A model generated the notes under the pieces. It was not told the DNA's origin. It saw only the letters and a program-made list of their open reading frames with translations, and made no database searches. Shown piece after piece: positions 29,376 to 39,240 of a stretch of DNA of 64,000 nucleotides. Each line of letters begins with the position of its first letter. Position 1 is the first letter of the stretch. This stretch comes from an uncultured virus (IMG/VR IMGVR_UViG_3300042400_001601) (Duplodnaviria > Heunggongvirae > Uroviricota > Caudoviricetes): the IMG/VR virus record IMGVR_UViG_3300042400_001601; one strand, written 5' to 3'. The position numbers and the translations under genes are program-made.

Positions 29376-30838
29376 TGAGAGTAGAGTTTAATTACGATCC
29401 TAAGAGAAAAGAAGTTAAAATTGTTTCTGATTTTTTCAGTAACATTAAAGAACGTTTTTCGGTTCGTAATAAAGCCGCTCATTTCAATAAATTTGGCAGA
29501 TTCATGCCGCAAAGAATATATGCAATTACCCCAGCCGGGTATTGCGGGGTCGGGTTGGTACCAGAAATAATAAAGTACCTAAAAACACTAGATATACCCT
29601 TTGACATAGTGTTTAATGGAGATCTTATAAAATTATATAACGATGTACATATAGTTGTACCTGGCCCGATTATAAAAAAATTAAACTGTAATTTTGAGCT
29701 ACGAGATTATCAAACTGAAGCCATAGGTCGCGCGTTAGAACGCGGATACGGTATTATCGAGGTTGCTACCGGGGGTGGTAAAACATTTATTATTTCAAAT
29801 TTAGTATATGGTGCTTTACAATATATAGATTACACTCAAAAAGTATTGATAGTTGTGCCAGATATAGGGTTAGTAGAGCAAACTTATAAAGACTTTACTT
29901 CATATAACTTTCCTATGAAGTTAGTTACTAAATGGACAGGTAGTAATGAACTAGATCCTAATTGTAGAGTTATTATTGCTAATATGGGCATACTTCAATC
30001 AGAAAAATCTGATTTATCTTGGTTTGCAGAGGTAGGTTTTTTAATTGTTGATGAATGCCATAAACTCCGCCGCGGCAATAAAATATGTAAACTTCTCGAC
30101 AAGATACCTACATTAAGACGTATAGGGTTTACAGGTACTCTACCGGAAGACGATATAGATAAATGGAATATATTCAATTATATAGGGCCAGTCATTTACA
30201 AAAAGACCACAACTGAATTAAGAGAAATAGCTGGGGATAAGTATATTGCAAACGCTCAAGCTCTTTCTATAATCTTACAGTACGATAGAGTACCTGATTA
30301 CACGTCAGTTTCGTCAATGCAAAAGTACCGTCTTGAGTTAGATTTTATACATAGTAATGAGTATAGAAATAAAATTATAAAGAATGTTGTTGAGAAACTA
30401 AAAAATAACTGTCTAATTCTGGTTGATCATATTGATCACGGCCAGACTTTGTACAACAATCTAGTTACTATTGAAAACAAACAAGTATACTTTATACAAG
30501 GTAGTGTAGAATTAGAAGATAGAGTAAAGATACAGCAAATGATGGAAGCACATGACAATGTAGTTTGTGTCGCGATAAGCAAAATTTTCTCTACCGGTAT
30601 TTCAATTAAAAATATACACTATATCATGTTTGCAGCTGGTGGTAAGTCAAAGATTAAGACTCTTCAATCAATAGGCCGCGGACTCCGCACTCACGAAAAC
30701 AAATCAATATTAACTTTAATAGATATAGTTGACGATTTAGTTTACGGAAAAGCTCATTATAATAAACGTAAAGAATTTTATGCCCTTGAAAAAATCAAAA
30801 TTACCGAAAAAAACGTTACCGAAGGCAGCCCCGGCTGA
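29375..30838 (+). CDS. uvsW: UvsW helicase
   Basis: LRDYQ, ATGGGKT, DECH, FTGT, FSTGISIKN, QSIGRGLR. Confidence 0.95.
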   Translation: MRVEFNYDPKRKEVKIVSDFFSNIKERFSVRNKAAHFNKFGRFMPQRIYAITPAGYCGVGLVPEIIKYLKTLDIPFDIVFNGDLIKLYNDVHIVVPGPIIKKLNCNFELRDYQTEAIGRALERGYGIIEVATGGGKTFIISNLVYGALQYIDYTQKVLIVVPDIGLVEQTYKDFTSYNFPMKLVTKWTGSNELDPNCRVIIANMGILQSEKSDLSWFAEVGFLIVDECHKLRRGNKICKLLDKIPTLRRIGFTGTLPEDDIDKWNIFNYIGPVIYKKTTTELREIAGDKYIANAQALSIILQYDRVPDYTSVSSMQKYRLELDFIHSNEYRNKIIKNVVEKLKNNCLILVDHIDHGQTLYNNLVTIENKQVYFIQGSVELEDRVKIQQMMEAHDNVVCVAISKIFSTGISIKNIHYIMFAAGGKSKIKTLQSIGRGLRTHENKSILTLIDIVDDLVYGKAHYNKRKEFYALEKIKITEKNVTEGSPG

Positions 30839-31298
30839 AAAAGTAGCGCCACCTAAAAAAGAAAAGAAGTTAAGCGCATCTGCGCAAGCTAAAAAAATTT
30901 ATTATGTAAGCCCTAAAGAGTTTACAGATGAACTTAAAATGTACTATGAGAGTAATGTTATTACCGATAAGCTTGCTTTGATGATAAAAAATATTGCTTA
31001 TGGTTTAGCACATGCCCCTAATTTTATTAATTATACATTCAAAGAAGAAGCAATAGGGGATTCTTTAATAAACATGTTTAATGCCATTAAAGAGAAAAAA
31101 TACAAATTTGACCGTGGCTTTAACCCGTTTTCATACTTTAATTCTATAGCGTTTAACTGCTGGAGATCTCGTATTAAGAAAGAAAAAAGAATGCGAGATA
31201 CGTTAGCAGCTTATCAAGAAGAAGTTTATAGCGTGATCGGCCCGCAAGTAGGAGTTGATGACCCTATAAATCCAATACACAAAAATAATGACATTTAA
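30780..31298 (+). CDS. gp55: Late transcription sigma factor
   Basis: YVS...F, IAYGLAHAPNFINYT, NPFSYF..IAFN...RIKKEK. Confidence 0.9.
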   Translation: MPLKKSKLPKKTLPKAAPAEKVAPPKKEKKLSASAQAKKIYYVSPKEFTDELKMYYESNVITDKLALMIKNIAYGLAHAPNFINYTFKEEAIGDSLINMFNAIKEKKYKFDRGFNPFSYFNSIAFNCWRSRIKKEKRMRDTLAAYQEEVYSVIGPQVGVDDPINPIHKNNDI

Positions 31299-32346
31299 AA
31301 TTTATAACTCTGAAATTGGTATTTTTTCAGACCCACATTACGGAGTACATCGCAACAGTGAAACATGGCATAAGATTGCTTTAGATCACGCGAAGTGGGC
31401 TTGTGAACAATTCAAACAAAGAGGCATAAAAGATATAATAATACCCGGAGACATTTTTCATGATCGCAACGATATTGCTGTTAACACTCTTCACATTGCT
31501 ACTGACATATTCGATATACTTCGCGACTTCAATATCATTATTACAGTCGGCAATCACGACGCTTATTATCGTGATAATTCTACCGTTAACTCCGTCTCCG
31601 TACTTAGAGGCTGGTCTAACATTACTGTTATTGATACTCTTCAAGTTGTTAACCTCCAAGGAAAGACGATAGCTTTTTGCCCGTGGGGTCAAGATATAAA
31701 TGAAGTACCTAAGTGTGACTTAATTGTAGGACATTTTGAAATTAATAGTTTTAAAATGAATTCTTTTAAGGTCTGCACTAACGGTCTTAAATCCGCTGAT
31801 CTTACCAGTAGAGCGCCGCTTACTATTTCAGGACATTTTCATCATAGAGAGGAAAGAAAATACAGCGAAGGTACTATTCTTTATGTAGGTTGCCCGTATC
31901 AGCAAGACTGGGGAGATTATAATACTACTAAAGGGCTTTATATTTTAGATTTAGATACTCTTTCGTACGAGTTTATTGAAAACAATATTTCTCCGCGTTA
32001 CAATAAGATTTATTACTCTGAAATCTTTAGCGGTAAACATACCGCTACAGTTATCAAACAGTTAATTGCAGGCAATATAGTAAAATTTATTATAGATAAG
32101 CAACTAGAACCAAGCTTGGTAGATGCTATTGTACGTAAGTTAGTCTCAGTAAAGCCTGTAGAGCTGACAATAGATTATGACTATACTGAAATTAGTAAAA
32201 TTAATAATGAACTTGCTAATACTAAGAATTTTAGCGTAAGTGTCGAAACTTCTATATCTGAATTTATTGATTTTTTGGACATTAAAGATAAAGATAAAGT
32301 AAAGGCGTACGTTAATGACTTGTATTTACGCGCTAATAAAATATGA
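31288..32346 (+). CDS. gp47: Recombination endonuclease subunit (Mre11-like)
   Basis: SDPHYG, GDIFH, GNHD, GHFE, SGHFH. Confidence 0.92.
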   Translation: MTFKIYNSEIGIFSDPHYGVHRNSETWHKIALDHAKWACEQFKQRGIKDIIIPGDIFHDRNDIAVNTLHIATDIFDILRDFNIIITVGNHDAYYRDNSTVNSVSVLRGWSNITVIDTLQVVNLQGKTIAFCPWGQDINEVPKCDLIVGHFEINSFKMNSFKVCTNGLKSADLTSRAPLTISGHFHHREERKYSEGTILYVGCPYQQDWGDYNTTKGLYILDLDTLSYEFIENNISPRYNKIYYSEIFSGKHTATVIKQLIAGNIVKFIIDKQLEPSLVDAIVRKLVSVKPVELTIDYDYTEISKINNELANTKNFSVSVETSISEFIDFLDIKDKDKVKAYVNDLYLRANKI

Positions 32347-33923
32347 GAGATATGAAACAAACATTAAGTATATACGGGGCTCATGATTGTAGTGCGGTAT
32401 ATATAGATAAAAATGAAGATCTAAAAATATTAGAATATGAGCGTTTAGTTAAAAAGCGTTATGCTGCGTTTTCAGATAAATTAGACACAAGAGAAGGTAT
32501 AGGCTCTAACTTAGAAGAACGAAAAAAATTTTTAAATTATATTAAAGAAACATGTTATCATATCACAAAAGTACTACATAATGAAATTTCAAATACTGAT
32601 ATAGAGTTAATTAAAGATTTTTTTCCAGATGCGACTTTTTTTAAAAAAGACCACCATTTTTCTCATGCAATCTGTGGTTATAGACTATCCGGTTTCAAAG
32701 AAGCAATAATACTATCTATTGACGGTGGCGGTATAGATAGTAATGAAACTGTTTACACTAGAGTCTATCACGCTAAAGATAATGATATTAAAACTGTTGA
32801 GACTTATAATATTAATTTAGGGGTACCTTACAGTTTTATAGCTAGTCCAATCTCTGAAATCAAACCTGGGCCCGACGACAGGTATCATTCTCTTGTATAT
32901 GCAGGTAAAGTAATGGGATTATGCGCATATGGTCAAATAAAAAATGAATGGATAGAGCCGCTTAAAAAATTCTATATAACTAATAATAGTTCAAAGCTGG
33001 GACGAGATATCAATCTTAATCTGTCTTATAATGCTCTGTCTGGGCAATCTGGTTATGATTTAGCTGCAACTTCTCAAAAAGTGTTTGAAGAATATGTGCA
33101 TGCTTTGCTAACTTCTGTGCTTAATCGATTTAATCATGATATAATTTTAGTAGGTGGTTGTGCATTAAACGTACTTTCAAACCAAAAAATTTATTCATGG
33201 CTTAAAAATAATAAGCCAAATATTAAGCTTTATGTACCGCCCAACCCGAACGACTGCGGACTCGCTTTAGGTCAATTTTTAACTGATCACCCAGAAGCAG
33301 TAAAGAAAGCTAATACATATTGCGGTTGGGATATTTTAGATAAAGATAAGTTTACTAACTATATAGAAGAGCGTAAAGCAACACCAGTAACTATTACAGA
33401 GATAGTAAATTTAATTAAATCAGGTAAAATTATTGGTATTATTGATGGTTGTTCAGAGGTCGGACCGCGAGCGCTAGGCAATAGAAGTATTATTTGTGAC
33501 CCTACTCTTTCTGATATGAAAGATGTGCTTAATTTAAAAGTAAAGTTTAGAGAATGGTATAGGCCTTTCGCGCCGGTATGTAGGCTTGAAGATAAAGATT
33601 TATACTTTGAAGAAGCACCAGAAGCAGTTTATATGAGCTATGCTCCGAAAGTAAAAGAAGAATACAGAAACGTACTAAAAGCAATAACCCATATAGATAA
33701 CACTTCAAGACTACAAACAGTCACGGAAAAACAACACAAGTTATTTTACAATATATTAACTGAATTAAAAAACCGCAATCAAATAGCGGTAATATTAAAT
33801 ACTTCTTTTAATATTAGAGGAAAACCCATACTGACCACATTACAAGATGCTTTGTATGTATTAGACAATACGCAACTTGATTATGTTACTTCAAATGGAT
33901 TTTTATTTAAAAAACAATTATGA
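32343..33923 (+). CDS. Carbamoyltransferase (NodU/CmcH family)
   Basis: HDCS, HHFSHA, DGGG, GKVMGL, GGCALN, GPRALGNRS, KFREWYRPFAP, NTSFN. Confidence 0.93.
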   Translation: MRDMKQTLSIYGAHDCSAVYIDKNEDLKILEYERLVKKRYAAFSDKLDTREGIGSNLEERKKFLNYIKETCYHITKVLHNEISNTDIELIKDFFPDATFFKKDHHFSHAICGYRLSGFKEAIILSIDGGGIDSNETVYTRVYHAKDNDIKTVETYNINLGVPYSFIASPISEIKPGPDDRYHSLVYAGKVMGLCAYGQIKNEWIEPLKKFYITNNSSKLGRDINLNLSYNALSGQSGYDLAATSQKVFEEYVHALLTSVLNRFNHDIILVGGCALNVLSNQKIYSWLKNNKPNIKLYVPPNPNDCGLALGQFLTDHPEAVKKANTYCGWDILDKDKFTNYIEERKATPVTITEIVNLIKSGKIIGIIDGCSEVGPRALGNRSIICDPTLSDMKDVLNLKVKFREWYRPFAPVCRLEDKDLYFEEAPEAVYMSYAPKVKEEYRNVLKAITHIDNTSRLQTVTEKQHKLFYNILTELKNRNQIAVILNTSFNIRGKPILTTLQDALYVLDNTQLDYVTSNGFLFKKQL

Positions 33924-34717
33924 AAATTGGAGCTGCAATTATAGCCTGTGATAGAGTAGACTTTACAGAGCAATGTATAGACAGTATACTTGCTAATAAA
34001 CAAGATTTAAATGAACTACTAGTTATTAATGACGGCTTACCGTGGTATTGCAATAAAAATATAGAAATTAAACAAAATTTACCTTCTTATCAAACCGTAG
34101 GTGTTGCTAAAAATAACGGTATAAAAGAATTAATAAATAGAGGTTGTGATCATATATTTCTTATAGAAAATGATATGATTATTAAATCTTCTTCTATTTT
34201 TAAAAAATATATAGAAACTGCTAAAGCTACAGGTATAACTCATTTAAACTTTGGCTATCATGGGCCGGCTAATAGAACTAGAGACTACTCTAAGCCTAAT
34301 CCACGCTATATAGTAGAGTATCCAAAAAATATAAAAGTCGCTTTAAATACACATTCGGTAGGAGCTTTTTCATATTTTGATAAACGCTTTATCGAGGAAG
34401 TGGGTATACACGATACATATTTCAAAAATGCCTGGGAGCATGTTGAGCTTTGTCAGCGCGGTATTAAGAAAGGTTTATTACCTGCTTTTTGGTGGTTTCC
34501 AGATGTAGAAGGTAGTAGCGACTTAATAGAGGAAATACCTCTTTCCATTCAAAAAAGTTCTATTACACATACTGAGGAATGGACAGCAAATATGAAAAAA
34601 GGCGCTGAATATTATAAAAAACAACACGGTTGGATACCCATTCATACTCCAGACACTTCCCTTGATACAGTATTAAACAATCTTAAAATTATTTATAAAA
34701 AATACAAAAGTGTGTAA
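33920..34717 (+). CDS. GT2 glycosyltransferase
   Basis: VINDG, GVAKN, IFLIEND, AWEHVE. Confidence 0.85.
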   Translation: MKIGAAIIACDRVDFTEQCIDSILANKQDLNELLVINDGLPWYCNKNIEIKQNLPSYQTVGVAKNNGIKELINRGCDHIFLIENDMIIKSSSIFKKYIETAKATGITHLNFGYHGPANRTRDYSKPNPRYIVEYPKNIKVALNTHSVGAFSYFDKRFIEEVGIHDTYFKNAWEHVELCQRGIKKGLLPAFWWFPDVEGSSDLIEEIPLSIQKSSITHTEEWTANMKKGAEYYKKQHGWIPIHTPDTSLDTVLNNLKIIYKKYKSV

Positions 34718-35525
34718 CAGTATGATTAAAATACCTCTTAAAGATAAAACTTTCGGTCACTGTTTATATAGTAATAACCCGCAACCCCCCACTTCATTTT
34801 CAAAATTTATAGACTGGGAAAGAAATGTAATAAATGAAAAGACAGTTTATACAGATTTCTGTATAGAAGAGGCTCCCACTAATGCAGTGGTATGGCTTAT
34901 AGAACCAAGAGATTTAATACCTCATATATATTCATACGTAGAAAAAAACGCTTTTAAATTTAAAAAAATCTGGACCCATAACACAGACATTTTACAAAAA
35001 TACCCTCACGCAGTTTTTTTGCCTCTCGGGGGGTGCTGGATAAAAAATGAAGACCAAAAAATTTATAATAAAACTAAATCTTTTTCTATTATTGCTTCTG
35101 GTAAAAGACAGCTTTCAGGTCATAAATTAAGGCATGAAATTATTTTAGCGAGTGATAATAAAATAGATGTGTATGGTAATGGTTATAATCCTATACCATA
35201 CAAATTAGAAGGTTTAAGAGATTACCGTTATCATTTTGCTATAGAAAACTGCAAGAAAGATTTTTGGTTTACTGAAAAACTTATTGACTGTTTAAACACA
35301 GGCACTATACCTATTTACTGGGGCTGTCCTTCAATTCATAAATATTTCAATACAGAAGGTTTTATTATTTTTGACACACTGCCTGAATTAAAAGAAAAAC
35401 TTAAATTATGTACTCCAGAATACTACGAAAGTAGATTACCTTTTATAAAAGAAAATTTCGAACGAGCACAGAATTTTATTTTAGCAGAAGATTGGATATA
35501 TAAAAATAAACTTTATTTAATTTAA
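34710..35525 (+). CDS. GT10 (alpha-1,3/4-fucosyltransferase-like)
   Basis: YRYHFAIEN...WFTEKLIDC...TIPIYWG GT10 signature. Confidence 0.85.
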   Translation: MCNSMIKIPLKDKTFGHCLYSNNPQPPTSFSKFIDWERNVINEKTVYTDFCIEEAPTNAVVWLIEPRDLIPHIYSYVEKNAFKFKKIWTHNTDILQKYPHAVFLPLGGCWIKNEDQKIYNKTKSFSIIASGKRQLSGHKLRHEIILASDNKIDVYGNGYNPIPYKLEGLRDYRYHFAIENCKKDFWFTEKLIDCLNTGTIPIYWGCPSIHKYFNTEGFIIFDTLPELKEKLKLCTPEYYESRLPFIKENFERAQNFILAEDWIYKNKLYLI

Positions 35526-35538
35526 AATTAAATATAAC

Positions 35539-36465
35539 ATGCAAACTAAAATTTTAGTTACTGGTGGTACAGGCATGGTAGGTCGCCATTTAAGAGATTT
35601 AGGTCTTTCTGCAATTTATGTAGGCTCTAAACAAGCAGACTTAACAAAATATAATGAAGTAGATGAATTATTTAATTTTATCAGGCCCACTACTGTAGTG
35701 CATTTAGCTGCAAAAGTGGGTGGTATATTAGATAATATTAAAAACCCTATAAGTTTTTACGAAAACAATATAGATATTAATACAAATGTAGTTAAATGCG
35801 CCTACAAGTATGGGTGTACACGTTTTGTCGGGGTGCTCAGTACTTGTATATACCCCGATAACTTAAATCCAGACTGCTACCCTTTAACAGAAGATAAAAT
35901 ACATGACGGACCTCCAACTATAACTAATTTTTCATATGGTTACGCTAAACGTTGTTTAGATGTACATCTTAAGTGTTATCAAAAACAACATAATTTGCAG
36001 TATAATAGTTTAATACCATGTAATCTTTATTCAGAGTACGATCATTTTGAAGGGGATAAAGCTCATTTCGTGACTAGTCTTGTACGTAAAATAGCCTTAG
36101 CGAAAATCAATAAAAAAGATAGTATAGAACTGTACGGTACGGGTAAGCCTTTAAGACAATTCATGCATGCTGAAGATTTTGCAAGAGCAATTATACAGTA
36201 TACAAAAGGGGAATATTATGCGGATTTAAACATAGCAACACCTGAAGTTTATACTATTAAACAAATAGCTGAAATAGCTCTTGAAGCATGTGATGCAACT
36301 TCTTTAAAAATTAACTGGGATAGGTCTAAGCCTGACGGGCAACACAGAAAAGATGTCACTGATAATAAGTTTAAACAATTTTTTCCACACTTTAAATATA
36401 CTACTTTAAAGGATGGTATAAAGAGAACTTTTGATAATTATTATCATGGTATGGTTATTAAATGA
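35539..36465 (+). CDS. fcl: GDP-L-fucose/colitose synthase (Fcl/ColC-type epimerase-reductase)
   Basis: VTGGTGMVG, HLAAKVGGI, STCIYP, YGYAKR, GTGKPLRQF, PDGQ. Confidence 0.9.
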   Translation: MQTKILVTGGTGMVGRHLRDLGLSAIYVGSKQADLTKYNEVDELFNFIRPTTVVHLAAKVGGILDNIKNPISFYENNIDINTNVVKCAYKYGCTRFVGVLSTCIYPDNLNPDCYPLTEDKIHDGPPTITNFSYGYAKRCLDVHLKCYQKQHNLQYNSLIPCNLYSEYDHFEGDKAHFVTSLVRKIALAKINKKDSIELYGTGKPLRQFMHAEDFARAIIQYTKGEYYADLNIATPEVYTIKQIAEIALEACDATSLKINWDRSKPDGQHRKDVTDNKFKQFFPHFKYTTLKDGIKRTFDNYYHGMVIK

Positions 36466-37624
36466 ATCTAATTTTACTTGGAAGGACCGTCTTAAGATTT
36501 GCGCGTTCTTCTTAAACAAAAAGAAATTCTGGACAATGGCAGATGAGGTCTCAAAATTTGAGACTAGAATGGCTGAGTATGTTGGCAGTAAATATGCTAT
36601 TTTTGTATCGAGTGGCTCAACTGCGAACACTTTAATAGCTATGCACTTAAAAGATAGGTTAAGGGCAGAAGGAAAAAATATCGTTATTTTTCCTTCTACT
36701 ACATGGATTACTTCAGTTTCCCCGTTTCTTAGAGAAGGCTTTACCCCGCACTTTATAGATATTACTTTAAAAGACTTAAGTTTAGATTTAGAAAAACTCG
36801 AAGAATATTTAAAACTTAACTGCAATAAAGTTGCATGTGTATTTGTAACGAGCTTATTAGGTTTCAGTCCAAATATAGATAAACTTTATGATTTAAGTGT
36901 AAAATATGGAGTCAAAATAATGTTAGACAACTGCGAGTCTACTTTCACTCGTTATAAAGAACGTAATATTTCTTTTTATTTTACCTCTACTACTAGTACA
37001 TATTTTGGTCATCAAATACAAAGTGTAGAGGGCGGTTTTGTGTTTACAAACTGCAAAAAAGAAAGGGATTACTTTCTTATGGCCAGAAATCACGGAATGG
37101 TACGCAGTCTTTCTACGGAAGAAGATAAAATTCCTTTCCGCAATCTAGATGTTGATAGTCGTTTTGATTTTAATTTATTAGGAAATAATTTTAGAAATAC
37201 TAATATTAACGCATACATTGGTCAGTTAGACATTAAAAGAGCAACCAAATATACTAAAAAAAGAAAAGAATTGTATAGTTTTTATTTAGATAAAGTAAAA
37301 AATATTTCCCTTTTACAAACAATTGAAATGAGAACAGGATTATACGAAGATGTACCTTTTTCTTTTCCTATAATTTTTACCGAAGGTGGAATAAAAAAAG
37401 ATATTGAAACCCGGGTACTCGGTGCAGATATTGAAACTAGGCCTATTATTTCAGGCAATCTTTTAAGACAAACTTGTCTTAAAGAAATTGCAGATGCTAG
37501 GTCTTTTCCAGTAAGCGATTTTATACATAAAAATGGTTTTTATGTAGGGCTACATAATAGAGTTACTAAAAAACACGTTACTGAGCTTGTAGAAATTCTA
37601 AAAACCGGCCTGTCATATTTTTAA
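36446..37624 (+). CDS. colD: PLP-dependent GDP-4-keto-6-deoxymannose 3-dehydratase (ColD-type; DegT/DnrJ fold)
   Basis: VSSGSTAN, DNCES, YFGHQIQSVEGG (His at the usual PLP-Lys position), RNHG, ETRPIISGN. Confidence 0.8.
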   Translation: MVWLLNESNFTWKDRLKICAFFLNKKKFWTMADEVSKFETRMAEYVGSKYAIFVSSGSTANTLIAMHLKDRLRAEGKNIVIFPSTTWITSVSPFLREGFTPHFIDITLKDLSLDLEKLEEYLKLNCNKVACVFVTSLLGFSPNIDKLYDLSVKYGVKIMLDNCESTFTRYKERNISFYFTSTTSTYFGHQIQSVEGGFVFTNCKKERDYFLMARNHGMVRSLSTEEDKIPFRNLDVDSRFDFNLLGNNFRNTNINAYIGQLDIKRATKYTKKRKELYSFYLDKVKNISLLQTIEMRTGLYEDVPFSFPIIFTEGGIKKDIETRVLGADIETRPIISGNLLRQTCLKEIADARSFPVSDFIHKNGFYVGLHNRVTKKHVTELVEILKTGLSYF

Positions 37625-38428
37625 CCAACTCTCTGGTATTACATCTTTGGGATCAATAACACCTTCATAGGCAGGTCCAAACCATTTTTTAGGCCCGACC
37701 ACTATTTTTTTAGGGTTAATATTTAACCAAGCAGCCCACCAGCTAAATGAACTGTTAGCTATTATGTTATGCGCGCACATACTCATTGCACACATATCTT
37801 CAAAAGGATTAGTAAGCGTAGAAAAAAATACTCTTGAATCTTGTGCAAAAGCTTGTTTGCACCATTCAATATCATCAGAGAAAATTAAATAATATTTAGT
37901 TTTAATTGACTTACAAGCTTTTATATAATACTCCTGCGGCATAAGTGGGTGATGTTCTTGTTTATGTACGTAATCCCCTCTACGTAAATGTAAGGAGGTC
38001 GTATTTTCAGGCTCTATATTTAACTGCTTAAACAATTGCACAGCTTGTTCCTTAATTTCAGGCTTGAATTGAAAATTGTCTATAATGTAATTTTTATTAT
38101 GAATGAAATATTTTTCACTTTGAAAATAGCCAGCTAAATCAGTATTATCAGGCTGTTCTAGTACTTTACTATCATAATGAAACCAGCGCTCATTATAAAC
38201 GTTTAATTTCATCTGGCCTAGTTCTTCTATAGTTATAGAAGGAGTTTTAATAATAAAACCTTCTGCTATAGATCTGTTCATACAATTATAATTAATATCA
38301 AAGTATGAAGGCCTTAAAGGAATTTTTACTTCATACCCTTTACTTTTACCTAAAGACAATAAAACTGCATACTGAAACATAGAATTGCCTATGTTACCGT
38401 GCACCCCCAATTTAGAGTATGTTATCAT
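37613..38428 (-). CDS. GT11 alpha-1,2-fucosyl/colitosyltransferase
   Basis: GNSMFQYA, GYFQSEKYF, HLRRGDY, FSDD, NSSFSWWAAWL; start set at 38428. Confidence 0.9.
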   Translation of the reverse strand: MITYSKLGVHGNIGNSMFQYAVLLSLGKSKGYEVKIPLRPSYFDINYNCMNRSIAEGFIIKTPSITIEELGQMKLNVYNERWFHYDSKVLEQPDNTDLAGYFQSEKYFIHNKNYIIDNFQFKPEIKEQAVQLFKQLNIEPENTTSLHLRRGDYVHKQEHHPLMPQEYYIKACKSIKTKYYLIFSDDIEWCKQAFAQDSRVFFSTLTNPFEDMCAMSMCAHNIIANSSFSWWAAWLNINPKKIVVGPKKWFGPAYEGVIDPKDVIPESWLKI

Positions 38429-38439
38429 TTTAAAAAAAA

Positions 38440-39192
38440 TTATTCTATCCAATTCCAATTTTTAATTTCTTGTTTTAATTCTTCTTTAGTTAATTTTGAA
38501 ACTCTGTTGTATTCATTTAAGTTAGAAGCAATATATGGATTGTGGTTATAAGAAGTATCTTTTCTTTCATGAGTTAAGTGCAATAAAGGATCTGAGACTC
38601 TACCAAACTTATAACCAAGTCGGCTGAATCTTGTATAAATTTCATTATCTTCATACCCCAGCCCTTTAAAGTTTTCGTTGGCGCCACCGCCCTCCCAAAA
38701 AACAGAAGCATTAAAAAAGACCGCTCCACCAACTGAATGCGGGTTAAATAAAGTGCAATGCTCTAAAGTAACATGTTCTGTACTTGCTGTACTTTTAATT
38801 TTTTCATGAAATTGTTTAGGTACATCGTAAAACCGACCATCATATGGATAAACAATATCAGCATCCTTATTCATAATAATTTTTGTAGCTTTTTTAAGCT
38901 GGTTAGGAGTAAACAAAACGTCTGCATCATAATGCGCGATTATAGAGGTTTTCGCGTATTTTGCAGCTAAATTTACACCCCGTTGCCTATTAAAAAATTC
39001 TTCTGTTTTACAAAAAACGTACCCGCAGTTGTATTTATTTGCTAATTTAGGGGATACGTCTTGCTCACAAAGCACAATATTTGTGTCAAAGTTGGTTTGC
39101 AAATATGGGATAGTAATATCTAAATTTTTAACTCTATCTTCACTATCTACTTTAATTGCAATTAAAAATGTAACGTTTTTTAAGTCTACCAT
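38440..39192 (-). CDS. GT2/GT7-like (galactosyltransferase-type) glycosyltransferase
   Basis: HYDADV, GGANENFKGLGYED; start set at 39192. Confidence 0.8.
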   Translation of the reverse strand: MVDLKNVTFLIAIKVDSEDRVKNLDITIPYLQTNFDTNIVLCEQDVSPKLANKYNCGYVFCKTEEFFNRQRGVNLAAKYAKTSIIAHYDADVLFTPNQLKKATKIIMNKDADIVYPYDGRFYDVPKQFHEKIKSTASTEHVTLEHCTLFNPHSVGGAVFFNASVFWEGGGANENFKGLGYEDNEIYTRFSRLGYKFGRVSDPLLHLTHERKDTSYNHNPYIASNLNEYNRVSKLTKEELKQEIKNWNWIE

Positions 39193-39240
39193 ATTTTTAT
39201 TTACAGTAGATTTAAAATTATTACACTCTAATATTAGCAT